Positions 29,244-37,318 of a DNA stretch of 56,787 bases are shown piece by piece. Within the stretch, counting starts at the first letter, position 1, and every line of letters begins with the position of its first letter. The notes beneath the pieces are model-generated. The model was not told the DNA's origin and did not search any database. It saw only the letters and a program-made list of their open reading frames with translations. A program made the translations under genes and the position numbers. The DNA is from an uncultured Chitinophaga sp. (lineage in GTDB: Bacteria; Bacteroidota; Bacteroidia; Chitinophagales; LD1), in assembly GCA_964563185.1 (NCBI GenBank), contig CAZLXD010000001.1:12502-69288 (forward strand), read 5' to 3'.

Positions 29244-30401
29244 CTAAAACTCTTTGTCAAATCCAAACTCATCCATAATGTCGCCCAGTTCAAGGTATAT
29301 CTCCTGCTTGGTAAACCCGTATTGTTCCAATGAATATTCGTGGGCACTTTTATAGTTTTTGTTGCGCGCATGTTCGTGGCTCAACTGCTCAAGAAACTTT
29401 TCAGACGGCATCCATTGAAAATGGCTGTATATTCTCTTTACCGTCCCCTGCGGGTCGGCCAACAGGTCATCATACTTCAACTCCAAAAACTGGCCGGTTG
29501 GAATTGATTGCCGCATTTCTTTAGAGTACTTAAAAAAATCAATTCCCAGTTGTGCCCACGCCCTTTTAGAAGGATGTGTGTCGGGCATGTCAGGCGAATG
29601 CAGTTTATACATAGAAGTAAACATACTGGCAAATGAAGGAACAGAATCGTACGGATGACGTGCGATGTAAATAATTTTCGCATCGGGGAAACGCTGCATA
29701 AGGCTTTTAAAGCGCCCCGTACTCATTACATTCTTTGCCAGATATGTTTTGTCTTTCCCCGCACGGAAAACAAACCGCTTTACGCAGCTTTCGTAAAAGT
29801 CCATCACCTTCCTTCTTACCTCTTCCGGCTCTCTGTCTAAAAACTTCTGTCCGTGTATCAAATGGAAATACGGAAACGGAATCATCAGCCCTACACTCAT
29901 CATCATTTGTGCAAACACCAGTTCGTCTTCCTCCGCCTTATTAAAGCCCATGGCATGTATATCATCCCAACCGCCCCAAAATTTATCGTCTATTTTATCC
30001 ATGGTGGCGCTTATCCAACGGTTTAGCAGCTTTTTGTCGAGCCACTTAAACAGGTTGTAAAACTGCACAAAGGAGGATGTCATAAAAAAGGTGTGCGCAT
30101 TCTTGGTATACACAAAACGTTCGGTATCCATAGCCAGTAAACGATGCAGGTAGGTGGTTCCGCTGCGCGGATTAGCTATAATAAACACAGGTTGCTTTAT
30201 CTCCACCTGTTTGTGGGCGCGATGGAAAAGGGTATCCATCAGCCTAAAAAAAAGAGAAACAAGCTGATGCAGGAAATAGAGTGGAATGAACAATACACTT
30301 AGCAACCACACTCTCCACTGAAACTTCCGATAAGTTTCAACAATTATTTCACCCAGTATTTTATAGCGCACATAATAAAAGGACGCTCTCCAGTAAACCA
30401 T
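29244..30401 (-). CDS. Sulfotransferase family protein with an N-terminal membrane anchor
   Basis: PAPS 5'-phosphosulfate-binding loop IIANPRSGTTYLHRLL, a downstream IYIARHPYDSVPS block, and a hydrophobic N-terminal helix (WRVWLLSVLFIPLYFL). Confidence 0.8.
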   Translation of the reverse strand: MVYWRASFYYVRYKILGEIIVETYRKFQWRVWLLSVLFIPLYFLHQLVSLFFRLMDTLFHRAHKQVEIKQPVFIIANPRSGTTYLHRLLAMDTERFVYTKNAHTFFMTSSFVQFYNLFKWLDKKLLNRWISATMDKIDDKFWGGWDDIHAMGFNKAEEDELVFAQMMMSVGLMIPFPYFHLIHGQKFLDREPEEVRRKVMDFYESCVKRFVFRAGKDKTYLAKNVMSTGRFKSLMQRFPDAKIIYIARHPYDSVPSFASMFTSMYKLHSPDMPDTHPSKRAWAQLGIDFFKYSKEMRQSIPTGQFLELKYDDLLADPQGTVKRIYSHFQWMPSEKFLEQLSHEHARNKNYKSAHEYSLEQYGFTKQEIYLELGDIMDEFGFDKEF

Positions 30402-30495
30402 AATTTCTGCTGCGCTGCAAATGAAGATGAATTAGAGAATAATTGTCAGGATTATTTTCTTTGATGGGACAGACCTCACCCTGAAACGTTAAATA

Positions 30496-31683
30496 ATGAT
30501 TTCGAACCGTCAGCTTTTCCTTAACCATGTGGCCCAAACAAGCCCTGCTTCATTAATGCTGGAAATTGAACGGGCCAACGGAGTTTACCTGTACGATGTA
30601 AACGGCAAGAGCTACATAGACCTTATTGCAGGAATTTCCGTGAGCAATGTGGGCCATTCGCACCCCGAAGTGGTGGCCGCAGTAAAAGCACAGGCAGAAA
30701 AATACATGCACCTGATGGTGTATGGCGAATTTGTGGAAAGCCCGCAGGTGAAGTATGCCAGGCGCCTCTCGGAGTTTCTTCCCAAAGAGCTGAGCAACGT
30801 ATACTTTACCAACAGCGGTGCCGAAGCTACCGAAGGGGCGTTGAAACTTGCCAAGCGCTTTACCGGAAAAACCCGATTGGTTTCTTTTAAGAATGCTTAC
30901 CACGGCAGCACACACGGAGCGTTGAGTGTGATGGGCGATGAATATTTTAAAAGAAGTTTCCGCCCGCTTTTGCCCGACACGCTTCAGTTGGAGTTTGGAA
31001 ATGAAAGCGACCTGGAAAAGATAACCGATTGCTGCGCGGCTGTAATTGTAGAAACCGTTCAGGCGGAATCGGGTGTAAATGCACCCCTGGTTTCATACCT
31101 GCAGAAATTGAGAAGCCGCTGCACCGAAACAGGTGCATTGCTGATTCTTGATGAGATACAGGCAGGAATGGGACGCACCGGCAAACTGTTTGCTTTTGAA
31201 CATTATGGCATTGTGCCGGATATTCTGCTGCTGGCGAAAGCCTTTGGCGGTGGTATGCCCTTGGGCGCGTTTATTTCTTCGAAAGAAATAATGCAAACAC
31301 TTACCGATAATCCGGTGCTTGGGCACATTACCACCTTTGGCGGGCACCCGGTAAGTTGTGCGGCAGGCTTAGCGGCTTTTGAAATTTTGCTGAAAGAAAA
31401 ATTAGTGGGGCAGGTAGAAAAGAAGGGGGAAATGTTTGAAGAGTTGCTCCATCATCCGAAGATTAAGGCCAAACGAAGGGCAGGCCTTTTAATGGCACTG
31501 GAGTTTGAAAATTTTGAGCAAAACAAAAAGATAATTGACCGGTGTATTGAAAACGGTGTGTTGACCGATTGGTTTTTGTTTGCCCCGCATTGCATGCGCA
31601 TTGCCCCTCCGCTTACTATCGCGGAAACAGAATTTAAACAGGCTTGCGAAGTGATTCTTCTCGCCATTGAAACCTGCGGGTGA
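30496..31683 (+). CDS. Class III (aspartate aminotransferase family) PLP-dependent aminotransferase
   Basis: GISVSNVGHSHPEVV, NSGAEATEGALKLAK, DEIQAGMGRTGKLFAFEH and LAKAFGGGMPLG (PLP lysine) blocks. Confidence 0.9.
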   Translation: MISNRQLFLNHVAQTSPASLMLEIERANGVYLYDVNGKSYIDLIAGISVSNVGHSHPEVVAAVKAQAEKYMHLMVYGEFVESPQVKYARRLSEFLPKELSNVYFTNSGAEATEGALKLAKRFTGKTRLVSFKNAYHGSTHGALSVMGDEYFKRSFRPLLPDTLQLEFGNESDLEKITDCCAAVIVETVQAESGVNAPLVSYLQKLRSRCTETGALLILDEIQAGMGRTGKLFAFEHYGIVPDILLLAKAFGGGMPLGAFISSKEIMQTLTDNPVLGHITTFGGHPVSCAAGLAAFEILLKEKLVGQVEKKGEMFEELLHHPKIKAKRRAGLLMALEFENFEQNKKIIDRCIENGVLTDWFLFAPHCMRIAPPLTIAETEFKQACEVILLAIETCG

Positions 31684-31716
31684 ATAGTATAATTTTACAC
31701 CATTCAAAACCCCACT

Positions 31717-32337
31717 ATGCCAAACGCCAAGCAATGGTTTAAAACAAAAGGAGGAAGATTAGTTTCTTACTTTCTGCAGGGAGTGCTGCTGCTGGCACCG
31801 GTTGTAGTAACCGTTTACACGCTCTTTTTCGTGTTCGACTGGCTGGACTCTAAGGTCAGTAGCATATTCGAAAAGCTGTTTCATTTTTATTACCCCGGCA
31901 TAGGTATACTGGCCATGGTGGTGCTTATTACCCTCATCGGGTTTTTCGGTTCGCTGGTAATTATGCAGCCGCTGCTGCACATTTTTGATGCCCTGCTGGA
32001 GAAGACTCCGTTGGTAAAGGACCTTTATACTTCGCTGAAAGATTTCTTCGGGGCTTTTATGAGCAGCAAGAAAAAGTTTAACCGCCCGGTAATGTTTGAA
32101 ATGGGCAAGGGAAGCGGAGTTTTTAAACTGGGCTTTATTACACAGGATGATTTGAGCGACCTAAACATTAAAGACAAGGTAGCCGTTTACACTCCGCTAT
32201 CGTACAATCTCTCGGGTATTTTGTATGTGGTAAACACCGAGCAGGTGCAGGTGCTGAATGATGTAAAAGCCGGAGACATGATGAAGTTTATTGTAAGCGG
32301 TGGAGTGACGGAGATTGAGGAAGCGGAGAAGGAGTAG
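31717..32337 (+). CDS. DUF502 domain-containing membrane protein
   Basis: Two N-terminal TM helices and the PLVKDLYTSLKDF block typical of DUF502. Confidence 0.85.
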   Translation: MPNAKQWFKTKGGRLVSYFLQGVLLLAPVVVTVYTLFFVFDWLDSKVSSIFEKLFHFYYPGIGILAMVVLITLIGFFGSLVIMQPLLHIFDALLEKTPLVKDLYTSLKDFFGAFMSSKKKFNRPVMFEMGKGSGVFKLGFITQDDLSDLNIKDKVAVYTPLSYNLSGILYVVNTEQVQVLNDVKAGDMMKFIVSGGVTEIEEAEKE

Positions 32338-32390
32338 GCAGGGCAGTAGCAGTAGGCAGTGGCAGTAGGCAGCGGCAGTAAGTAGTTGGT
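32335..32390 (+). repeat. Left arm: array of about 7 GCAGK/GGCAGT units with a roughly 6-nt period
   Basis: TAGGCAGGGCAGTAGCAGTAGGCAGTGGCAGTAGGCAGCGGCAGTAAGTAG starts at the DUF502 stop codon. Its reverse complement recurs at 32850-32885. Confidence 0.85.
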
Positions 32391-32424
32391 ATTATTTGAG
32401 CACGTAGTTCTTAAAACATAGCAT

Positions 32425-32799
32425 ATGTCATTCGGATTTACTGAGCTTAAGGTTTATAAGTTAGCATACTCTCTTTCGATGGAAATATTTCAACTGTCAA
32501 AGGGTTTTCCTAAAGAAGAAACTTACTCTCTAACCGACCAGATAAGGCGATCATCAAGGTCGGTATGCTCTAATATTGCCGAAGGATACAGAAAACGCTT
32601 GTACCCAAAACATTTTACTTCAAAAATGAGCGATGCTGACGGAGAATGTGCTGAAACAATAGTTCACTTAAGCTTTGCCAAAGATTGTGGCTATTTACCG
32701 GAAGAGAAGTATAACTATCTATTAAAGGGGTATGAAGAAGTCGGGCGTATGCTGGGCAGTATGATTGCTAATCCTGAAAAATTCCTGCCAAAGAAGTGA
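32425..32799 (+). CDS. Four helix bundle protein (23S rRNA intervening-sequence protein family)
   Basis: 124 aa with LTDQIRRSSRSVCSNIAEGY and the helical pattern characteristic of the TIGR02436-type family. Confidence 0.9.
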   Translation: MSFGFTELKVYKLAYSLSMEIFQLSKGFPKEETYSLTDQIRRSSRSVCSNIAEGYRKRLYPKHFTSKMSDADGECAETIVHLSFAKDCGYLPEEKYNYLLKGYEEVGRMLGSMIANPEKFLPKK

Positions 32800-33845
32800 T
32801 ACCTGTTTCCACAAAACCTTATCTACTTCATTCTTTAAGAAAGGCGTTGCCACCTACTGCCTACTGCCGCTGCTTACTACTCTCTTTCCTCCTGCTTCAA
32901 CATCAACACACCTACGCCTGGGGGTTTTGGGCGCACCAGCGCATTAACCGTATTGCAGTTTTCCTTCTTCCGCCCGAAATGATGAACCTGTATAAAGGGA
33001 ATATTGACTGGCTGACGGAACATGCCGTTGACCCCGATAAAAGAAGGTACGCCACTGCCGATGAAGCCCCCCGCCACTATATTGACCTCGATCACTATTG
33101 TGTTTATCCCTGCGACCCTTTCCCGCACCGGTGGGAAGATGCTGTGAACAAATACTCGGAGGATACGCTAAAGGCATACGGCATTGTTCCCTGGCGGATA
33201 CAGCAAATGATGTATTGGCTGACGGATGCTTTTAAAGCCAAAGACAAAAACAAAATCCTGCGGCTTTCGGCTGAAATAGGGCACTACATTGCCGACTCCA
33301 ACGTGCCTTTGCACACTACCGAAAACTATAACGGGCAACTGACTAACCAGGTGGGTATTCATGGCTTTTGGGAGTCGCGCATACCGGAGTTGTTTGGCGA
33401 GGACTACGATTACTTTATAGGCAAGGCAGAGTTTATTCAAAAGCCTTTGGATAGAATTTGGAAAACTGTTTTGGAAAGCCATCAAGCCTTAGACACGGTA
33501 TTGGGCTTTGAAAAAGAACTGAGTGCCACCTTCGACAGCGACCGCAAGTTTGCTTTTGAAACCCGCGCGCAAACAGTGGTAAAGAGTTACTCGAAAGAGT
33601 ACACCAAAGCATATAGCGACCGGATGGATGGCATGGTGGAACGCAGAATGCGCAGTTCTATAAAAATGGTGGCCGATGTGTGGTTTACCTGCTGGGTAAA
33701 TGCGGGCTCGCCCGATTTGAATAACCTATACGATGTTCCGCTTACAGTGGAAGAACAGCAGTTGTTAGATGCCGAGCAAATGAGCTGGAAGGAAAAGAAG
33801 AATGCGCAGCACGGGCACTACCACCCCGAAACAGGAACGGATTGA
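32796..33845 (+). CDS. Zinc-dependent phospholipase C / S1-P1 nuclease superfamily protein (secreted)
   Basis: The predicted mature N-terminus WGFWAHQRINRIAV follows ...LLLQHQHTYA. HYIDLD and NVPLHTTENYNG metal-ligand-like blocks are present. The only in-frame starts are GTG 32796 (GTGA overlap with the upstream stop) and TTG 32847. Confidence 0.75.
   Translation: MIPVSTKPYLLHSLRKALPPTAYCRCLLLSFLLLQHQHTYAWGFWAHQRINRIAVFLLPPEMMNLYKGNIDWLTEHAVDPDKRRYATADEAPRHYIDLDHYCVYPCDPFPHRWEDAVNKYSEDTLKAYGIVPWRIQQMMYWLTDAFKAKDKNKILRLSAEIGHYIADSNVPLHTTENYNGQLTNQVGIHGFWESRIPELFGEDYDYFIGKAEFIQKPLDRIWKTVLESHQALDTVLGFEKELSATFDSDRKFAFETRAQTVVKSYSKEYTKAYSDRMDGMVERRMRSSIKMVADVWFTCWVNAGSPDLNNLYDVPLTVEEQQLLDAEQMSWKEKKNAQHGHYHPETGTD
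32850..32885 (+). repeat. Right arm: inverted copy of the GGCAGT array
   Basis: CCACCTACTGCCTACTGCCGCTGCTTACTACTCTC. Its reverse complement (GCAGCGGCAGTAGGCAG) matches 32355-32371 (GCAGTGGCAGTAGGCAG) at 16 of 17 positions. Confidence 0.85.
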
Positions 33846-33851
33846 GTGGCA

Positions 33852-35249
33852 CTACTTCTTCATTTTTGCCAGCAGGGCCATTGCCAGGGTTTTATACTTG
33901 GTGGCTTCAGCGCTGTTTACAATACTTTCCAAAAGCAGCTTGGCTTCGGCTTCGCGCTTTTTTTCCAGTAAAATTTTAGCGCTGAAATAATTGGCGGAGT
34001 GGTTCCAATAGGCCTTGGGTGCTTTAAGCGAAGGATAGAAAACCGACAGGGCTTTATCTTTTTGCCCGGTCATAAGCAAGGCATAGCCGTAACTAACGCG
34101 CCAGTAATCGGTTTGGTTAGTATCAATACCGCAGCGCTCTCCTTCTTCGAGAAACTGCACGGCAGCCGAATAGTTTTTAATAAGAATGTTGAAGGCCCCG
34201 TATTCCATGTGCGGCTCGCAACTGTTGCGAAACTGCTTTAAGCCGCGCTGGAAAATAAACACGCGGTAATACTCGGGCAGGTTGCTGCGCGCCAGCCAGC
34301 GGAAAGCCGCTATGCTGAACGAATCCTGAAACACGAGCAGTTGTTTGGCAAACTTTACCTCATCGTAATACGCATTGCTGTCCACCACCGAAATAAAGTA
34401 GTGGAGCGTTTCCACGTAGTGCGTATCCATATCGGCAAACTGGCGCAGACCGAAATAAAAGCGGTTCATCCTTCGCTCGTACTTCTTGGAATAATCATCG
34501 AGTGTTTTTTGCGCCATATCAAAGTACGCCAGCTCGCTGTATATAAAGGCGGCATTCAGGTAAGTGGTTTCGTCAATGTTAGGCTTGGTAAGGGCAGAAT
34601 CGAGCCACTGCAAGGCGGGGTTTAAATCGCCATTGTAGAAATACTCGGAGCCTATATCACCACGTATGCCGCCTAAATTGGGAAACTGCGCGGCTATGAA
34701 CTTGTAAACTTCCATAGCATCGTCAAACTTTCCGCGCTCTTTCAGTTTGCGGGCGTATTCGGCCATGGAGTAAGCTGTTTCATCTTTTATGGTTTCTGCT
34801 TTAAGCAGTTCTGCTAACTGCTTCTTCAATTCATTCTTCATTAAAGCCATAGCATACAGGGTGCAAAGGCCTTTGTGTATGTCCAGGCGGGTGTTGTCTA
34901 TCTTCAGGCATTGTTTCCACAGGGCGGCTACTTTGTTGGCGGTTTCGGCAGGTATTACCTTTTGGGTTTCGCCCATGTTTCCAATTTCGGTGCGGTACAG
35001 GTCTTCATCGGTATTGGAGCTGATGGTTATGGAAGGCACCTCCAGTAATTCTTTATTAAGAATAATGTTGCCTTTCATCATCAGGGCATCAACATTTTTT
35101 CCGTCAGCTTTTAAAACCGAATCGAGGTAGGTGTTGGCTTCGGTGTATTTCTTTTCAACAATAAACTGCGTGGCAGTAGCCACTACGGTTGATTGCGAAA
35201 ATAATTTGGCGCCACACAACAGCAGGAGTATAAAAAGGATGTTTCGCAT
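33852..35249 (-). CDS. Secreted TPR-like repeat protein (hypothetical)
   Basis: Signal peptide MRNILFILLLLCGAKLFSQ, with helical repeat content throughout. Confidence 0.7.
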   Translation of the reverse strand: MRNILFILLLLCGAKLFSQSTVVATATQFIVEKKYTEANTYLDSVLKADGKNVDALMMKGNIILNKELLEVPSITISSNTDEDLYRTEIGNMGETQKVIPAETANKVAALWKQCLKIDNTRLDIHKGLCTLYAMALMKNELKKQLAELLKAETIKDETAYSMAEYARKLKERGKFDDAMEVYKFIAAQFPNLGGIRGDIGSEYFYNGDLNPALQWLDSALTKPNIDETTYLNAAFIYSELAYFDMAQKTLDDYSKKYERRMNRFYFGLRQFADMDTHYVETLHYFISVVDSNAYYDEVKFAKQLLVFQDSFSIAAFRWLARSNLPEYYRVFIFQRGLKQFRNSCEPHMEYGAFNILIKNYSAAVQFLEEGERCGIDTNQTDYWRVSYGYALLMTGQKDKALSVFYPSLKAPKAYWNHSANYFSAKILLEKKREAEAKLLLESIVNSAEATKYKTLAMALLAKMKK

Positions 35250-35254
35250 GGGGT

Positions 35255-35287
35255 AAAAATAAAAACCGCTGCACAGTGGCAGCGGTT
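35255..35287 (-). terminator. Intrinsic terminator downstream of dnaN
   Basis: A 9-bp stem AACCGCTGC/GCAGCGGTT (35264-35272 paired with 35279-35287) with a 6-nt loop, followed on the minus strand by TTTTTATTTT. Confidence 0.65.
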
Positions 35288-35312
35288 GCTTAAGAATATT
35301 TACACGGGTGAA

Positions 35313-36431
35313 TTACGAGTTAATCATTACCGGCATTACCAGCATAAGCAGGTCTTCGTTATCGCCTTTTTCAACCGGGCGAAGAACCCCTGCGCGGGTT
35401 GGGGTGGAAAGTTCAATTTCAATATCGCCTGAGGTAAGCACTCCCAGCATTTCCACTAAAAAGCGGGCGTTGAAAGCAATTTCCATATCGTTGCCTTCGT
35501 AGTTGCAGGTCAACCTTTCGTTGGCTTCGTTACTAAAGTCTAAATCCTGTGCCGAAATTTTCAGTTCGCTGCCGGCAATACTCAGTATTACCTGGTAAGT
35601 GGTTTTGTTGGAGTAAATGGAAATTCTGCGCAGCGCGTTCTGAAATTCTAAACGGCTGATGGAAAGTTTGTTGGGGTTGTTTTGAGGAATTACCGCGTTG
35701 TAGTCGGGGTAGTTGGCATCAATTAAACGGCAAATCAACTTGGTGTTTTCGAAAGTGAAAAACGCGTTCGATTTGTTATACGATACATTAACGCCCGACT
35801 CGTTGCCCGGCAGAGCGCCTTTTAATAAGCCCAGGGCTTTTTTAGGCACAATAAATTGTGCGGTCTTCGATGCTTTTACATCGGTGCGCTTTAAGCGAAC
35901 CAGTTTGTGGGCATCGGTGGAAACGAAGGTCATACCATCGGGTGCTACCTGAAACAGCACACCGGTCATAGCCGGGCGAAGGTCATCGGAGCTAACGGCA
36001 AACAAAGTTTGGCTAATGGCATGGCTGAGTGCCGAAGCGGGAATATTGATTTCGGTTACCGATTCGGGCTGCGGGATTTTCGGGAAATCATCGGGGCTTT
36101 CGCCACTTAACTTATAGCGGCCGGTTTCTGAAGTAATTTCAATACCAAAGGTTTTGGGGTCAATTTTAAAAGTTAGCGGCTGCTCGGGCAGGGTTTTTAA
36201 AGTATCGAGCAGTATGCGGGCGGGTATGGCTATGCGGCCTTCGTCCTTGGCGTCTACTTTCAGTTCGGTGCTCATGCTGGTTTCTAAATCGGTGGCAAAC
36301 ACATGCAGCTTTCCGCCCTTTATTTCAAACAAAAAATCTTCCAGAATAGGTAATACTGAACTGCTGTTAATAACCCCGCTGATGGTTTGCAGGCTTTTGA
36401 GCAAGGTAGTGGTAGAAACTATAAACTTCAT
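35313..36431 (-). CDS. dnaN: DNA polymerase III subunit beta (sliding clamp)
   Basis: MKFIVSTTTLLKSLQTISGVI N-terminus, a three-domain length of 372 aa, and an LMLVMPV C-terminal block. Confidence 0.97.
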   Translation of the reverse strand: MKFIVSTTTLLKSLQTISGVINSSSVLPILEDFLFEIKGGKLHVFATDLETSMSTELKVDAKDEGRIAIPARILLDTLKTLPEQPLTFKIDPKTFGIEITSETGRYKLSGESPDDFPKIPQPESVTEINIPASALSHAISQTLFAVSSDDLRPAMTGVLFQVAPDGMTFVSTDAHKLVRLKRTDVKASKTAQFIVPKKALGLLKGALPGNESGVNVSYNKSNAFFTFENTKLICRLIDANYPDYNAVIPQNNPNKLSISRLEFQNALRRISIYSNKTTYQVILSIAGSELKISAQDLDFSNEANERLTCNYEGNDMEIAFNARFLVEMLGVLTSGDIEIELSTPTRAGVLRPVEKGDNEDLLMLVMPVMINS

Positions 36432-36463
36432 TGGTAAATGGTTTGTCTTTTTTTAATTGCCGA

Positions 36464-36471
36464 CAAATATA
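36464..36471 (-). promoter_or_regulatory. Candidate Bacteroidota -7 promoter box (TAnnTTTG) for dnaN
   Basis: The minus strand reads TATATTTG, 32 nt upstream of the dnaN ATG. Confidence 0.3.
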
Positions 36472-36545
36472 GTTATTGGGTTAAATAGCCCTTGCCCAAG
36501 TGCTAACACCATAAGGGGCGCTGTGTTAATAATGTAACGCCAGGC

Positions 36546-36683
36546 AGCGGCTTTAGCCGCTTGTAATAAAAATTATTCCTTTTATAAATGCTGTTGGCAG
36601 TTGGCTTAAGCCAACTGCACCGCGGCTTTATAAGCGGAAAAGGTTTAACCGAACGCGGCTAAAGCCGCAGTGCCGCTTTTTTT
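36546..36683 (+). repeat. Cluster of related GGCTTWAGCC-core palindromic hairpins ending in a T7 run
   Basis: AGCGGCTTTAGCCGCT (36546-36561), GCAGTTGGCTTAAGCCAACTGC (36597-36618), CCGCGGCTTTATAAGCGG (36620-36637), GCGGCTAAAGCCGC (36655-36668), then GCCGC plus TTTTTTT (36672-36683). Confidence 0.7.
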
Positions 36684-36697
36684 GTAAACCGGCAGGG

Positions 36698-37318
36698 TTA
36701 CCCTTCGGGCTTATACAATACCTGCACCGTGTTGCTCCATTCGCCCACGCGCTCATCGCGCAGTATGGCTATGGCTTTAATGTACCAGGTTTGAGCCGGG
36801 TTGCCGGGCAGGGCCTCGGGCTTAAAGTAAAAGGGGCTGAAACTGCGCAAACCAATCATTTGAAATTTTTCTTCGCCATCGCACCTGCCGTAAAACTCAA
36901 AGCGCTCCATACCGTATTTTTTAAACCTTATGGCAATCATCGAAGCCTCGTTGCTAACCTTTAGTTGCGGTTTAAAGGTGTTAAGGTCCACCTTATGGCT
37001 TCCGGCCACTATGCCCATATCGGTTCCCAAACCGCTGTGGTAAGCGGGGCTTGCTTTCATACGCTTCATAATTTTGCGCAAGGGTGCCAAATGGGTTTTG
37101 CGCATTTCTTTCTTTTTGGTATTGGCACTTTTTGCCGCAGCCATGGCGGCTTTTGCCACAATTATTTGCTGCGACATTTCGCTGCATAAATTTATTGCCT
37201 GCGTAACTTCGGCTGCGGTAAGCCCCAACAGGGTTCCGTAGTTTGGCAGCGTGTTACCGAATTTGTCCAGCCAGGACTTTAGTTGGGCATCTTTTTGCTG
37301 AAAAAGGTCCTTTTGCAT
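36698..37318 (-). CDS. Hypothetical protein (helical N-terminal half, FN3-like beta C-terminal half)
   Basis: A 206-aa ORF with no competing frame. The C-terminal pattern FYGR...WYIKAIAILRDERVGEWSNTVQV resembles a fibronectin-III-like strand pattern. I do not recognise the family. Confidence 0.65.
   Translation of the reverse strand: MQKDLFQQKDAQLKSWLDKFGNTLPNYGTLLGLTAAEVTQAINLCSEMSQQIIVAKAAMAAAKSANTKKKEMRKTHLAPLRKIMKRMKASPAYHSGLGTDMGIVAGSHKVDLNTFKPQLKVSNEASMIAIRFKKYGMERFEFYGRCDGEEKFQMIGLRSFSPFYFKPEALPGNPAQTWYIKAIAILRDERVGEWSNTVQVLYKPEG

Noticed and set aside
32335-32390. Possible CRISPR array or coding microsatellite
   Set aside because: The units are only about 6 nt, with no spacers, so this is not a CRISPR array. 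The array lies outside any convincing ORF on the left side.
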